A stretch of 64,000 nt of DNA from positions 256,001 to 320,000 of the forward strand of contig CBDCCZ010000018.1 in the NCBI GenBank assembly GCA_965215005.1, given 5' to 3'. Both the position numbers and the translations under genes were made by a program. Source of the stretch: Kofleriaceae bacterium. Lineage in GTDB: Bacteria > Myxococcota_A > Polyangia > Haliangiales > Haliangiaceae. The notes under the pieces are model-generated. The model worked only from the letters and a program-made list of their open reading frames with translations, had not been told where the DNA came from and ran no database searches. Shown piece after piece: positions 28,857-40,083 of this stretch; the first letter of the stretch is position 1, and each line of letters starts with the position of its first letter.

Positions 28857-29951
28857 CTAGCGCCGCTGCAGCTCGCGCGGCACCGTGGTGACGTGCAGCA
28901 TCACCGACTCGTCATAGTCCGAGACGTAGTACCAGCGGCCATCATCGCCGAGCGCCATCCCTTCGACGTGCTGCCGATCTTCGAACACCCGAACCCGCCG
29001 CGGCTCGATCGGCCCCGGGCTCTGCATCGACTCCAGCGACACCGACCAGTGGCCACAGAGCGTGCTCTTCGAGCCCGGATAATCCATCGTGATGGTGCTG
29101 TCTTTGCGCGCCGTGCCGATCGGCCCCGTGAGCACGTGCAGCTCATCGCCGATGCGCTCGAGCCCGCGCACCCCCGCTGATCGATCCCGCGCCCCGACCC
29201 CCGCGAGCCACCACACTTGCGTCACCCGCGGCGGCAATCCGTCTTCTTCGAAGAGTCGGTCGAAACCCTCGAGCTCGACCAGCAGCGGCTCACCGTTATC
29301 AGTCAGCGGATACCGCAGCCCAACGATCGCGCGGCCGTCCTCGAGAAACGCCAGACCTTCGACGTTGATCGGCCAGTCCTCGACGCGCACCAGCGGCGCC
29401 CATGGCGAATCCTTCTTGGCACCGACGCGCAACGTCTGCGCCAGGTAGACATCCCGCGAGTGCGGTCCCATCGGGATGAGCGTCACTCCACTGTCGCGCA
29501 AGCCATCGTTGATCGCTCGGTGCAACACGAACGGCCGGCGTGCGATCTCCAACGGCGAGCTCGTCTTATGGACCTTGCCGTCGACGTCCTGCTCGCGAAA
29601 CCGAGCCACGAACGCCCGCTTGGGCTGCAAAGGGCCATCCTTGGAACCAAACTGCGAGCCCAACACGTACAGCCATTCGCCAGCGCGGGCCAAACACTCG
29701 GCATCGTCGGTCTTGTCCTCGCAGCTCGGCTCCGCCGACAGCACCTTGAGCTTCCAGCCACTCGCGAGGTCTTTATCGCGCTTATGCCCGAGCAGCGCCA
29801 CGGACTCCTCAACTCGGCCTTCGTCGAGCACGACCCAAAAGCCGCGATCAAAGCCATGGGCTTGCAAGATCTGCGAGCTCTCGCAGCGAACCAACGCTGA
29901 AGCCTCGGCGGGCCCGTTTTCGAGCTCTACAGTGATAAGGGCGTCGCTCAC
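28857..29951 (-). CDS. Hypothetical beta-propeller protein (DUF3616-like)
   Basis: Repeated blade motifs DAECLA, NVEGLA..GLRYP, GVRGLE..LTGP and HVEGMA..VSD. Confidence 0.55.
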   Translation of the reverse strand: MSDALITVELENGPAEASALVRCESSQILQAHGFDRGFWVVLDEGRVEESVALLGHKRDKDLASGWKLKVLSAEPSCEDKTDDAECLARAGEWLYVLGSQFGSKDGPLQPKRAFVARFREQDVDGKVHKTSSPLEIARRPFVLHRAINDGLRDSGVTLIPMGPHSRDVYLAQTLRVGAKKDSPWAPLVRVEDWPINVEGLAFLEDGRAIVGLRYPLTDNGEPLLVELEGFDRLFEEDGLPPRVTQVWWLAGVGARDRSAGVRGLERIGDELHVLTGPIGTARKDSTITMDYPGSKSTLCGHWSVSLESMQSPGPIEPRRVRVFEDRQHVEGMALGDDGRWYYVSDYDESVMLHVTTVPRELQRR

Positions 29952-29960
29952 AGCCGCCCA

Positions 29961-29972
29961 GGGTACTACAAG
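29961..29972 (+). repeat. Left 12-bp direct repeat GGGTACTACAAG
   Basis: Identical copy at 32652-32663. Confidence 0.75.
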
Positions 29973-30047
29973 AAGTTGAGTGATGCGCGATCCGCGTACG
30001 GGTCAGCCTGCGGGGATGGCTGGAGGAGGCTCTGTTCGTGCGACATG

Positions 30048-30410
30048 CATCCGCGATCGATTAAGATGTAGCGCCTCCGAACGCCTGCTCACGCTTTCAT
30101 TTCGCGCGGCTGCGGCGCTGCGGCGCTGGTTCGTGTTCGGGCAATGATCCACGCGTTGCGTACGATCCGCTCGTCCATCTCCTCGAGCGAAAGGGGGCGA
30201 GTGAAGAGGATCTGGCTCAGGAAGTAGGATAGCGAGCGAATGAGGACCAGAAGGGTTGCGAGCTGGCCGGGGACCGATGCGGCCTGCCATAGCAAGTTCG
30301 ACCAAGCGACCGAGGCAGAGTGCGATGATGCGACCATAGAGAAACGCCCGAATCGCGCTGGGGTGCCACGCGAGGACGGCCGATAGGCCATTGCAGGCGC
30401 TTTTTTGAGC
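30048..30410 (-). mobile_element. Degenerate IS4-family transposase 3' remnant with right terminal inverted repeat
   Basis: Across three frames it reads KSACNGLSAVLAWHPSAIRAFLYGRIIALCL / QLATLLVLIRS...LSLEEMDERI..IIARTR / NQRR..RAK*KREQAFGGATS*. The final TAA lies inside CATCCGCGATCGATTAAG (30048-30065), which resembles IS231-type CAT...TTAAG ends. Confidence 0.6.
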
Positions 30411-30476
30411 TGCGCTAACCTCCAATTCCGGCAGCGTCCGCGAATCTTCTACCTGCGCGCAACCTGGGGGAAGTAT

Positions 30477-32576
30477 ATGCATTTCCGTTCTAAACTTGCA
30501 TTTTCCATCGCACTCCTTGCACCGGGCTGCAGTCTTAGCACGGGTGGATCTGCTCCCTCCGTAGCCACGACTCCCTCCGTAGCCACGACACATACCCCGG
30601 TGGATGCGGAGAGGGATGGAGCGCATGAAGATCCTTATCGATGGATGGAGCAAGATACTGCGCGTCTCGCAACCTGGGTGCACGAACACGCTTCGAACGA
30701 TGTCGAGCTACCCGCAGAAGCAGCACTACGGCGCCGAATCTTAGAGCTGTCGGGTAGGACCTCCTACGAGGGAAGAGTGACCCCTTTTGGGGGTGGGGAA
30801 CTCTTTCTGCAGCTTGCTGCCGGATCGGATGCAGCGACGCTTGCCTATCGTACGAAGGACGGGAAGAAGCGATCCATTCCCGCCGTTGACGAATCAGTTG
30901 CCGAGGGCAAGCGAATAACGCAATTCATTCCGTCCCCGCGAGGGCGGTGGATTGCCGTTCAATACGTCGAGTCGGGTAGCGAGCTAAGTGAACTGCGTTT
31001 CCTCGATTTTGAACGGGGGCAGTTCCTACCGTCCACGTTTGGCCCTGTGTGGGCGGAGTTTGCTGCGGCCTGGCACCCCAACGGTGATGGCGTCTTCTTC
31101 ACGCAGATGGACCCAAGCGCGAAAGATCCTATGCAGGGCATGCGCCTCCGATACTGGAAGTTCGGCGCGCCCGAGAAGAGCGTCACCGATTTGGTGGTGG
31201 CCGGCGAAGACGGCATTCTTCCGCAGCAGTTTCCCCTCGCTTACGCGCCACGTGGGTCGAAATGGCTGATCGTTGTGGCGGCGAACGCCAACCCGGCTTG
31301 GGAACTTTACGCTATTCGACTAAGTGATGCGGTAAGCGGGCGCCCGCTACAATTGCGCAAAGTGGTCGGTAAGGAAGATCTAGTTGGAAGAGATGCCTTC
31401 GCTGTGCGTGGAGACGAGCTATTCATCATCTCCGGAAAGGAAGCGCCGAACGGACAAATAGAAGTTGTCAACCTGGAAACGGGCACGCGAGAGACAGTGC
31501 TTGCAGGTGAAGAGCATGCCTTGAAGAAGCTGAGTGCAACCCGGGAACACGTCTATGCGCACGCACTGCAGGACGGCGCTTCGGTGTTGTTCAGATGCGA
31601 GGGAAAACAATGTCGTGCGCTGCCGATGCCACTGGAGGGTGCGTGGGTGGAGCGTCTCTTCTCCTGGGAAGACGCATCGGAGCTCATTCTCAGCCAAGAG
31701 GGACTTGTGGAGCCCAGAACTTACTTCTCTATTCCAGACCGTGGCCCAACACGTCCGCTCGGCATCGGCTCGACCACCAGCGTAGACCTTTCGCAGCTTC
31801 ACACGCGGCGACTCGAGGCAACTAGCTTCGATGGCGCTAGAGTTCCCATGACGATTGTGACCACAGATGCCCGCAGGCCACAACCGACCCTTATGAAAGC
31901 CTACGGCGCCTACGGTATCTACCTGCAGCCTTCGTTCGTTCCGAGCACGCTGGCTTGGGTGGAGGGCGGACGCAACATCATTTACTGCCATGTGCGCGGA
32001 GGCGGTGCGAAAGGTATCGCGTGGCACCAGGCTGGAAGCGGGCGAAACAAGATGAAGGGGGTTCGCGACCTGTTGGCCTGCGCCGAATTGGCGATACAGG
32101 AAGGTCTCACCACCTCTGATATGATGGCCGTAGAAGGTGGGAGCATAGGTGGTCTGCTGGTCGGCTTGGCTGCGACGGAGTCTCCGGCGACTTTCGCAGT
32201 AGTGGGCCTGGAGGGCGCACTCTTGAACCCCGCCCGCTATCTCGAGAGTCGGAACGGTGCGAACGCACAAGAGGAAATGGGAGCGACACCAGACACGGCA
32301 GAAGGTCTTGCATTTCTCTTGTCAATCGACCCCTATCATCGGCTACGCGATAAAGAGCCCTATCCCCCGATGTTCTTCCGCATTCCGCTTCGGGATCAAC
32401 GTGTGGAGCCTTGGAGCGCCGCAAAGTTCGCGGCCCGTTTGTTGGAACTCGTGGATCCGAAAGCCGTGTTCATCGTGACCGACGATGAGGCGCATGGAGG
32501 AGCCAGCTCGATGGGTTCCTGGGCAGAGGCACTCGCGAGGAAGTGGGCGTTCTACTTGAGCGTCATCGAGAAATGA
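30477..32576 (+). CDS. Prolyl oligopeptidase (S9A) family lipoprotein
   Basis: Lipobox APGC; DPYRWME; beta-propeller; DGARVPM, YGAYG, HVRGGG, nucleophile GGSIGG, DQRV and AHG. Visibly lower GC than its flanks. Confidence 0.9.
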   Translation: MHFRSKLAFSIALLAPGCSLSTGGSAPSVATTPSVATTHTPVDAERDGAHEDPYRWMEQDTARLATWVHEHASNDVELPAEAALRRRILELSGRTSYEGRVTPFGGGELFLQLAAGSDAATLAYRTKDGKKRSIPAVDESVAEGKRITQFIPSPRGRWIAVQYVESGSELSELRFLDFERGQFLPSTFGPVWAEFAAAWHPNGDGVFFTQMDPSAKDPMQGMRLRYWKFGAPEKSVTDLVVAGEDGILPQQFPLAYAPRGSKWLIVVAANANPAWELYAIRLSDAVSGRPLQLRKVVGKEDLVGRDAFAVRGDELFIISGKEAPNGQIEVVNLETGTRETVLAGEEHALKKLSATREHVYAHALQDGASVLFRCEGKQCRALPMPLEGAWVERLFSWEDASELILSQEGLVEPRTYFSIPDRGPTRPLGIGSTTSVDLSQLHTRRLEATSFDGARVPMTIVTTDARRPQPTLMKAYGAYGIYLQPSFVPSTLAWVEGGRNIIYCHVRGGGAKGIAWHQAGSGRNKMKGVRDLLACAELAIQEGLTTSDMMAVEGGSIGGLLVGLAATESPATFAVVGLEGALLNPARYLESRNGANAQEEMGATPDTAEGLAFLLSIDPYHRLRDKEPYPPMFFRIPLRDQRVEPWSAAKFAARLLELVDPKAVFIVTDDEAHGGASSMGSWAEALARKWAFYLSVIEK

Positions 32577-32651
32577 TGCCGCCGTCGCGCCGCTCGCACC
32601 CCGTTACTACACTGCTAGCGTCAGGCCGACACGACGCAATTCGTGCCTCAC

Positions 32652-32663
32652 GGGTACTACAAG
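32652..32663 (+). repeat. Right 12-bp direct repeat GGGTACTACAAG
   Basis: Identical copy at 29961-29972. Confidence 0.75.
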
Positions 32664-32671
32664 TTGCGGGC

Positions 32672-34288
32672 TCAGCGGAGGGCTGGCAGGGTGACGCGGA
32701 CTTTTGCGCCGCCCGCGGGTGCATCGCCGATGTCGATGCGGCCGCGGTGTTGCTCGACGATGTTCTTGACGATCGATAGGCCGAGGCCGGTGCCTTCGCC
32801 GCCGATCTTGGTGCTGTAGAACGGCTCGAAGATCTTGTCGCGCTCGCAGGCGGCGATGCCGCTGCCATCGTCTTCCACCGTTAGCACCACCCATCCGTCC
32901 TCTACCGTGGTGACGATTCTTACGCGTCCGGGGCCGCCAGTTTCTCGCGCCGCGTGGACGGCGTTGGTGACGAGGTTGACGACGACTTGGTCAAGCTGCC
33001 CCGGAACTGCGTGCAATGGCGGCAGTGGCTCCGCCAGACAGCACTCTAGCTGCACCGCCGAGCGCTCGAACAGGTGCTCGCAAAACGACATGGAGTGGCC
33101 CACGACCTGGTTGAGATCGATCACCTCGAGGTCGTCACCGGCGGGCTTGGCATACTGCACCAGGTCGCGGGCAAACGAGAGGATGCGCTGAGCACCGTCG
33201 GCAATCCGCCGCAGCTTCTCGATATCGCCAGAGTCAGCACGCGCCGCGTCGAACTTCTTGAGCAGATATTCGGCATAGACGCTGATCGAGGTGAGTGGAT
33301 TGTTCAGCTCGTGCGCGACCCCCGCCGCTAGCTGGCCGAGCGTGGCCAATTTTTCGGCCTGCACCACCTGGCGCTGCAACTCGCGCAGCTTGGTCTGATC
33401 ATGACCGACGGCAACCACCGCCTCGACGTGCTCGCGTCGCGCGATGGTCGCGATGCTCCACATGGTGCGAATCTGCTGGCCGTCCTTGCCCAAGAAGCTC
33501 AAGTCGATCGCCTCGGAGCCGCCGCCCTCGAGAGCCTGCACGAAGTGCTGGGAGATGCGAGCCCGCTCCTGCGGAGGTAGCCAATCCCGCAGATCGCGAC
33601 CCACGATTTCATCGTGCGCGTAGCCGGTGAGGCGGCACAATGCCTGATTACACACCGTGATGCGCCAATGGCGATCGACGCCGAGAATCAGCGCATTGGC
33701 GTGCTCGATGAGTGTTGCCTGGTAATCGCGCAACACCGAGGCCTCGCGGTGCAGCCGCTCATTGCGCAGCGCGACCGAGAGGTGATTGGCAATTGGCAAC
33801 AGGATCGGCTCGTCGGCCGTGGTGCCGTCGACTGCGGCGGAATAGCCGACGTCGAGCACCCCATAGAGCTCTCCAGAAGCCACGAGCGGTACGGTAAAGC
33901 CAAACGCGACGCTCACGAATGGCGACTCCCAGCGCTCGCCGAGCTTGAGCCGCGCGCTGTTGGCAATCGACGTTTTCAACCGAGTCTTCGAGATCGACGA
34001 CGGCGGCAACACCACCCGCTCCTGCAGCGCCGCCGGTCGCAGCGCACCGCCCCGCACGTAGCCGCGCGCCTGCTCGCTGGAACGCGGATCGAAGACTCGT
34101 ACGGCGATGGCGCGTTCGCAGAACAGCTGCGACATGATGTCGAGAAACAGCTCCACCACGGCCGCTTCATCCATCTCGAGATGAACCTCGCGACCCAGCT
34201 GCAAGACTCCCCCGAGCAGCTCGCTGCTGCTCGGGGTTGGCAGCTGGGAGCTAGCAGCCCGTCGCTGCTCGCTGCTGGCGTCTTTCAT
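32672..34288 (-). CDS. GAF-PAS sensor histidine kinase (NtrB-like)
   Basis: [42 protein letters not shown] and GTGLGL motifs. Confidence 0.93.
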   Translation of the reverse strand: MKDASSEQRRAASSQLPTPSSSELLGGVLQLGREVHLEMDEAAVVELFLDIMSQLFCERAIAVRVFDPRSSEQARGYVRGGALRPAALQERVVLPPSSISKTRLKTSIANSARLKLGERWESPFVSVAFGFTVPLVASGELYGVLDVGYSAAVDGTTADEPILLPIANHLSVALRNERLHREASVLRDYQATLIEHANALILGVDRHWRITVCNQALCRLTGYAHDEIVGRDLRDWLPPQERARISQHFVQALEGGGSEAIDLSFLGKDGQQIRTMWSIATIARREHVEAVVAVGHDQTKLRELQRQVVQAEKLATLGQLAAGVAHELNNPLTSISVYAEYLLKKFDAARADSGDIEKLRRIADGAQRILSFARDLVQYAKPAGDDLEVIDLNQVVGHSMSFCEHLFERSAVQLECCLAEPLPPLHAVPGQLDQVVVNLVTNAVHAARETGGPGRVRIVTTVEDGWVVLTVEDDGSGIAACERDKIFEPFYSTKIGGEGTGLGLSIVKNIVEQHRGRIDIGDAPAGGAKVRVTLPALR

Positions 34289-36474
34289 TGGCCGTGCTCG
34301 CCCCTTGAAACGCGCACGTCGACCTCGGTGGCCGCCCGTTCCGACCTCTCTTCATCGGCGCCCAGCACCTCCCCGAGGTCGAGGTGATCGATGGTCGCAG
34401 CGCGCTGGTGATGCACGTGCTCGCCGGTGAGGTCATCGCCTTGAGAATCCTCCGCCGACTCCTCGACCAACGGCAGGACCAGCGACGGCGAGCTGTGGGC
34501 GGCGCTCTTGTCGAGGTCGAGGATGCTTGCGGAGCCGACGTACTGCTTCGTCTCGTACTTGGTGATGCGGCCGATCTTTTTGACGAGCTCCGCCATTCGC
34601 TCGGCCTCACGCATAATGATCTCGGTGGCGCGCAAGTGACGCGCATCCTTCTCGCTTTGCCGCTCGATGAGCTGGGTGTAGCCGATGATGGACGTAAGCG
34701 GCTGATTGAGCTCATGGGCCGCGGCGCCGGCGAGCTCCGCGACCAGCGCCTGCTTCTCGGATAGCTGAAGCTTCTCCTGCGCCTGCAAGAGCCGCTGCTC
34801 GATGCGGATGCGGTCGCGTAGGTCGCTAAAGATGCCAACGGTGGCGACCTCGTGATGGTCTTCGTAAATGATAGAGGCGGTCATATTCACCGGCACCAGC
34901 TCGCCGCTCTTCGAGCGAACTTCACGGCGAGTCTGCTCGAGGCGGCCAACGCCGCCGTAGGAGGTCGAGCGCAGCATGCGCATGATCTGCCGAGGAACGG
35001 CTTCCGGGTACAGGCTCCACACCGGCAGCTGGCCGATGACGGAGCTCGCGGTGTAGCCGAACAAGCGCTCGGCCCCCTGATTGAACAGAATCACGTTGCC
35101 GCGCAAATCGGCGGCGACGATGGCATCCACGGTGGAGTCGATGAGCCGCTCGAGAAACTCCTTGGTCTTGCGCAGCTCGACCTCCAGAGCCCGCTCCTGG
35201 GTGACGTCGCGGAACGACAAGATGACCGCGCCGCTGCGAGCGAGCACCGTCGAGGTGGTGACGGAGACGCAGATGGGTGCGCCGCTGGTGGTCGAGAGAT
35301 CGAGATCGAACGCCTCGATGTTCTGGCCTCCGAGAACGCTGGAGATGACCTCGGCGAGGGCATCTCGCTGATCTGCCGCCACCAGATCGAGCAACGAGGA
35401 GCCCATCAGGCCGTCGCGCGCAAAGCCGGTGATGTCTTCGGCGGTGCCGTTGACGAACAGGATGCGCCCCGCCTCATCGAGTACCACCACGCCATCGGCG
35501 GCGGCCTCGAAGTGCTCCTTGAGAGAGTCGATGGTGCGTAGCCGTCGAGTCGCTTCATAGCGCGCCCGAGACAGGCGGTGCGTCTGCTCGCGCAGACTCT
35601 CCATCACCTGGCCCTGACCGAGCTGCGCGGCGGTTTGCCGCGCGAACGCCGTGGCGAACTGCAGCCGCTCTTCGTCTAGATCGTGCAGGTCGCTCCGCGC
35701 CCGGCGCATATGCAGCGCTCCAAAGATGCGACCGTGCCAGGCCACCGGAAACACGGCGATGGCGCCGACGCCCTTGTAAGCCAGAATTCCGGCCACTTCC
35801 GCGGTGAGCGGATCGCTGCTCGCGTTGGCGATCAGCACCGGAGCAGCGCTCGCGAGCGCTGCTCCGAGCTCAGGATATTCCTCGAGAGCAATGGTGAAGC
35901 GAGTGAGGTGCGGCTCGTCGGTGGCAGCGATGATGTAGCCGTGCGGTGAATGTTCCGCGTGCGCAAACAGCGACACGCGATCGAAGTCGAGAACTTCGGC
36001 GGCGATGAGCAGCCGGTCGCGAAGCACGTCTGGCGCGTCGCCGCGGCTGGCAAGCGCGCCGGCGTTGAGCAACGCCTCGTGGTGAGTTTCGATGAGTCGG
36101 GCGCGGCGCCGCTGATCGAACCCGCGAATGAGTCCGCGTGCTCGCGCTCCGACGACCGCGGGATGCAATGGCAACAGCACGACGTCGTCGGCGCCCGCCG
36201 CGAGAACGGTTGCGACTGCGTCCGTTGGCACCGGCGCCACCGCGGCCAAGAGTGGCACGTCGGCAAGCGCAGGCGTGCCGCGAGCTTCGCCGCAGAGGGC
36301 GGCGACCTCATCGCCCACGATGATCACCAACGAGGGCAGCAGCGTCCCAGCCGCGAGCGCCAGCGATGAACGCGACACGACCGCATCGAGGCCCGCAGCG
36401 CAGATGATTGCCGCCGCCGACGCTCGGTCGTGCTCGTCACCGCCAACGAGTAGGATGTAAGACTGCGCGGTCAC
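34285..36474 (-). CDS. Pseudo-receiver-GAF-PAS-PAS-HisKA protein lacking an ATPase domain
   Basis: Degenerate REC ([11 protein letters not shown]), GAF, two PAS domains ([19 protein letters not shown]) and H-box [10 protein letters not shown]. No N/G1/F/G2 boxes occur before the stop. Confidence 0.85.
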   Translation of the reverse strand: MTAQSYILLVGGDEHDRASAAAIICAAGLDAVVSRSSLALAAGTLLPSLVIIVGDEVAALCGEARGTPALADVPLLAAVAPVPTDAVATVLAAGADDVVLLPLHPAVVGARARGLIRGFDQRRRARLIETHHEALLNAGALASRGDAPDVLRDRLLIAAEVLDFDRVSLFAHAEHSPHGYIIAATDEPHLTRFTIALEEYPELGAALASAAPVLIANASSDPLTAEVAGILAYKGVGAIAVFPVAWHGRIFGALHMRRARSDLHDLDEERLQFATAFARQTAAQLGQGQVMESLREQTHRLSRARYEATRRLRTIDSLKEHFEAAADGVVVLDEAGRILFVNGTAEDITGFARDGLMGSSLLDLVAADQRDALAEVISSVLGGQNIEAFDLDLSTTSGAPICVSVTTSTVLARSGAVILSFRDVTQERALEVELRKTKEFLERLIDSTVDAIVAADLRGNVILFNQGAERLFGYTASSVIGQLPVWSLYPEAVPRQIMRMLRSTSYGGVGRLEQTRREVRSKSGELVPVNMTASIIYEDHHEVATVGIFSDLRDRIRIEQRLLQAQEKLQLSEKQALVAELAGAAAHELNQPLTSIIGYTQLIERQSEKDARHLRATEIIMREAERMAELVKKIGRITKYETKQYVGSASILDLDKSAAHSSPSLVLPLVEESAEDSQGDDLTGEHVHHQRAATIDHLDLGEVLGADEERSERAATEVDVRVSRGEHGQ

Positions 36475-36575
36475 GCCAGGTGCAGATTACCATGCACAAA
36501 TGTCGCGCGGCTTACAAAGCGTGAATCGTCTGTGTGGCTGGGAGGCCGGCTGACGGGGTCTTCTGGCGTGCACGC

Positions 36576-38030
36576 TCACGTAGCCAGGAGGGCCTCATGA
36601 GCCGCAACGGCGGCGGCATATACCTGTTTGAGCGGAACCGCGTTGGCCCGAGCGGCGGCACGACATGCTTCGTACTCCGGCGCAGCGTTGACGATGGTGG
36701 CGGCTAGGCGCGCGCGCTTGACCGCAATGCGGCCAAAGCGAGTTTCGACCTCGACGACCTCGCGCTCGAGGACGCGACGCTCCACGAGATCGAAGCGAAC
36801 GCCGATGCTGGTGGTCTCACGCAGCACGGCGGCGGTCGCTGCTTCGAGCCGCTCGACCGGCACGAGTGCAGAGAGCTGCCATGCCGGGCGCGACTTTTTC
36901 ATCGTGATGGAGGTCCACCAAACCTCGAGCGCTCCGGCGGAGAGCAGCTGCTCCTGCGCGTGCTCGCACAGCTCGGCGGGCATATCATCGATGTTGGCCT
37001 CGAGGCGATACAGCGCGCCGAACGCGGCAAACGGTGCTTCTGCGCCCGCGGCATTCGCTGAGCCGAGCTCGCTCGAGCCCGGCTGCGTTCGCGGACTCGA
37101 CACCACCCGTCCCACGGTGAGGCGCACGACGTTGGGACGATCCGCCAGCTCCAGGTCGCCGGCGCCGTAGCCGATCGCCAACGGCACCAGCGCCGGCATC
37201 GGCGCCCATTGCGTGACGGTTGCCGCGACGATGGCTGCACCGGTGGGGGTGCACAGCTCCTTGGCCACGCCGCCGCCCTCGATCACCGCGCCGGCCTCGC
37301 GCAAGATCTCGAGCGCCGCGGGAGAGGGCACCGGCATCCGGCCGTGGGCGCACCACACGGATCCGTGCCCCACCGCGACCGACGACGCGGTCACCGAGGC
37401 CGGCTCGAGCCACGCAAGCCCCGCCGCCACACCGACGATGTCGACAATGGAGTCGATGGCGCCGACCTCGTGAAACGTTACCTCCTGCACCGAGGTGCCA
37501 TGAAGCATCGCCTCCGCGCGCGCAACCCGCTCGAACATATCGAGCGCGCGAGCACGCACCGCTTCATCGAGCTCGGCGGTGACGAGACGGGCGCGAATAT
37601 CGGCCCAACGCGTGTGGCTATGGTCGTGCGCTCGTTCGTGCGCGTGATGCTCGTGCGCGTGATGCTCGTGCGCGTGATGCTCGTGCGCGTGATGCTCGTG
37701 CGCGTGATGCTCGTGCGCGTGATGCTCGTGCGCGTGATGCTCGTGCGCGTGATGCTCGTGCGCGTGATGCTCGTGCTCTACCCGGACCTTGACGTCGATC
37801 GCGGCCACGCCGCCCTTGAGCACCGCTGCCGCGCTGAGCCGATCTGGCTCGATTCCCATCGCCTCGACGGCCTCGCGCAGCACCGCCAGCGGCACACCGA
37901 GCGCCAACAACGCCCCCAGCGTCATATCGCCGGCGATACCGCTCACGCAGTCGAAATGCAGGTGCTGACCGCGCAGCTCTTCGCGCCGCCCCGGCGCCTC
38001 GCGGCTCGTTTCCATCACTGACGTTTCCAT
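36576..38030 (-). CDS. larC: Nickel pincer cofactor Ni-insertase LarC
   Basis: [15 protein letters not shown], His-rich tract, [48 protein letters not shown] and PEYE.C motifs. Full length in one frame. Confidence 0.95.
   Translation of the reverse strand: METSVMETSREAPGRREELRGQHLHFDCVSGIAGDMTLGALLALGVPLAVLREAVEAMGIEPDRLSAAAVLKGGVAAIDVKVRVEHEHHAHEHHAHEHHAHEHHAHEHHAHEHHAHEHHAHEHHAHEHHAHERAHDHSHTRWADIRARLVTAELDEAVRARALDMFERVARAEAMLHGTSVQEVTFHEVGAIDSIVDIVGVAAGLAWLEPASVTASSVAVGHGSVWCAHGRMPVPSPAALEILREAGAVIEGGGVAKELCTPTGAAIVAATVTQWAPMPALVPLAIGYGAGDLELADRPNVVRLTVGRVVSSPRTQPGSSELGSANAAGAEAPFAAFGALYRLEANIDDMPAELCEHAQEQLLSAGALEVWWTSITMKKSRPAWQLSALVPVERLEAATAAVLRETTSIGVRFDLVERRVLEREVVEVETRFGRIAVKRARLAATIVNAAPEYEACRAAARANAVPLKQVYAAAVAAHEALLAT
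37636..37776. repeat. Perfect 15-bp tandem repeat x9 (TCGTGCGCGTGATGC) encoding (HEHHA)9 in LarC
   Basis: Nine identical units plus a partial unit, read directly from the sequence. Confidence 0.97.
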
Positions 38031-38036
38031 CACTGA
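38007..38036. repeat. 15-bp tandem duplication of the larB stop/larC start junction
   Basis: CGTTTCCATCACTGA x2, giving METSV-METS at the LarC N-terminus. Confidence 0.9.
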
Positions 38037-38806
38037 CTCACCTTGCGCGCGATCAACGATGCGGCCACCGCCGCGCCAAATCCATTGTCGATGTTGACCA
38101 CCGTGACCCCCGCCGAGCACGACGACAACATCCCCAGCAACGCCGCCAAGCCGCCCAGGCCAACCCCATAGCCAACGCTCGTCGGCACCGCAATCACCGG
38201 CGCCTCGATAAGGCCTGCCACCACCGACGGCAACGCCCCCTCCATGCCTGCCACCACCACCGCGACCTCCGCCGCGCGCAGCCGCTCGGTCACCGCCACC
38301 ACCCGATGCAGTCCGGCAACCCCGACATCGACGTGGCGCTCGACTCGATGCCCGAGAAACGCTGCAGTAAGCGCCGCTTCCTCGGCCACCGGCAAATCAC
38401 TAGTGCCCGCGGCCACCACCGCCACCAACCCAGGGCGCACCACTGCCTCCTCGGCAGGCACCACCAGCGCTTGCGCGAGCGCCTCATACCGCGCCGCCGG
38501 CAGCTCCTGCCGCACCGCCGCCGCTTTGTCTGCGCTCACTCGAGTCGCGAGCGCCCCTCGGCCGCCATCTGCCAAGGCCCGCAGAATCGCCGCGATTTGC
38601 GCCGCCGTCTTCCACTGCCCAAGCACCACTTCTGGCACCCCCGCGCGCACCTCGCGGTGATGATCCACCACCGCCATGTCGCCGGGTTGGCGCGCTTCGG
38701 CAAGCCGCTCGAATGGCAGCTGTCGCAACTCCTCTACGGCATCATCAATCTCGACGCCGCCGGCGCGCACCCGCTGTAATAACTGCTGCAACCGCTCTCT
38801 CGTCAT
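38030..38806 (-). CDS. larB: Nickel pincer cofactor biosynthesis protein LarB
   Basis: [48 protein letters not shown] and [11 protein letters not shown] motifs. Confidence 0.96.
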   Translation of the reverse strand: MTRERLQQLLQRVRAGGVEIDDAVEELRQLPFERLAEARQPGDMAVVDHHREVRAGVPEVVLGQWKTAAQIAAILRALADGGRGALATRVSADKAAAVRQELPAARYEALAQALVVPAEEAVVRPGLVAVVAAGTSDLPVAEEAALTAAFLGHRVERHVDVGVAGLHRVVAVTERLRAAEVAVVVAGMEGALPSVVAGLIEAPVIAVPTSVGYGVGLGGLAALLGMLSSCSAGVTVVNIDNGFGAAVAASLIARKVSQ

Positions 38807-38832
38807 CGGCGGCAGTCATACCTCAAGGCGGC

Positions 38833-40083
38833 TCACTTGCGGCGGCGAATGATCTGCACCACCTCGACCGCGCGATCGGTGGCGGCGATCACCCGCACCG
38901 TCACCGCACCGATGACGAACGACTCCCCCGGCTCGGGAATTCGGCGAAATTGCTCCAGCACCAAGCCGGCCACGGTCTCATAGTCCTCGCTTTCAGGAAG
39001 CTCGATTCCCAGCTCCTCGCTCACTCGGTCGAGCGAGGTTCGGGCCTCCACACGCCACACCCCCGGCCGCTCCTGCCGCACCGGGGACGGACCGCGGTCG
39101 TATTCATCATCGATCTCGCCGACGATCTCCTCGAGGATGTCCTCGACGGTGACGATGCCGACCGCACCGCCATACTCGTCTACGACCACGGCGATGTGAT
39201 TGCCCGCCGCTTGCAGCTCGACCAGCAGATCGACCGCGGGCATGCTCTCAGGCACGAACATGCAAGGGCGCGCCACCTCGCCCACGGTCTTGTCACGCGC
39301 CGATGGCCCCGCTTGCAATAGATCGAATACGTGCACCATGCCGATGATGTCGTCGACGCGCGCGCGATACACCGGCATCCGCGAGTGCTGCTTGTCGCCC
39401 ACCTCGCCGGCGGCTTCGGCCAGCACCGTCTCTTGCGGCAGCGCGGTCACCTCCGAGAGCGGCACCATCACGTCGGCAACCGTGGCCGCCGACAGCTCGA
39501 GAACGCCGGCGATCATGTCGCGCTCTTCTTGCGTGATCTCCGAGCCCTCCGCCGCCTCGGCTTCGATGAGCAGCGCGAGCTCGTCGCGGGTGACGAAGGC
39601 GCGCTCGCCCTTGGTGCCAAGCAGCCGCGTCATCGCCCCTGCAAAGCCGCTCATCAGCCACACTGCCGGCCGCAGCAGCACCGAAGCAACGCGCAGCGGC
39701 ACGATGATATGGCTAACGATGCGATCGGCGTGCTGCTGAAACAGGGTCTTAGGCACCACCTCGCCAAAGATCAACGTCATCGGCGTCACCAGGGCGATTG
39801 CCAGCAACTCGCTCGAGCCGCTATCGCCGACCACCAGCGCCAGCGCCACGGTCACCGAAAAGGTCACTGTGGCGGTGTTGGTGCCCATGAGCGTGGTGGC
39901 CAGCAGCACCTCGGGGCGCTGCAAGAATCGCTCGGCCATCGCTGCACGGACATCGCCCTCCTCGGCACGCTGCCGCAGCCGTGCTCGGTTCACCGACACC
40001 AGCGCGATTTCCGAGCCTGAGAAGAACGCCTCGATGCAGACGCACACCAGCCCGACCAGCATCGCTACCGGCAGCGAGATCAT
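38833..40083 (-). CDS. CNNM/HlyC-CorC family transporter (DUF21-CBS-CorC)
   Basis: [49 protein letters not shown] and YETVAG motifs. Confidence 0.92.
   Translation of the reverse strand: MISLPVAMLVGLVCVCIEAFFSGSEIALVSVNRARLRQRAEEGDVRAAMAERFLQRPEVLLATTLMGTNTATVTFSVTVALALVVGDSGSSELLAIALVTPMTLIFGEVVPKTLFQQHADRIVSHIIVPLRVASVLLRPAVWLMSGFAGAMTRLLGTKGERAFVTRDELALLIEAEAAEGSEITQEERDMIAGVLELSAATVADVMVPLSEVTALPQETVLAEAAGEVGDKQHSRMPVYRARVDDIIGMVHVFDLLQAGPSARDKTVGEVARPCMFVPESMPAVDLLVELQAAGNHIAVVVDEYGGAVGIVTVEDILEEIVGEIDDEYDRGPSPVRQERPGVWRVEARTSLDRVSEELGIELPESEDYETVAGLVLEQFRRIPEPGESFVIGAVTVRVIAATDRAVEVVQIIRRRK

Noticed and set aside
30553..30588. 18-bp tandem repeat in the peptidase (and 9-bp repeats at ~46063-46103)
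   Set aside because: Short in-frame linker duplications after lipoprotein signals, which are ordinary.
32577..32671. Integron attC site after the peptidase
   Set aside because: No RYYYAAC/GTTRRRY paired ends and no integrase in the window.
37636..37776. CRISPR-like array
   Set aside because: Contiguous 15-bp units with no spacers, in frame within larC, and no cas genes.
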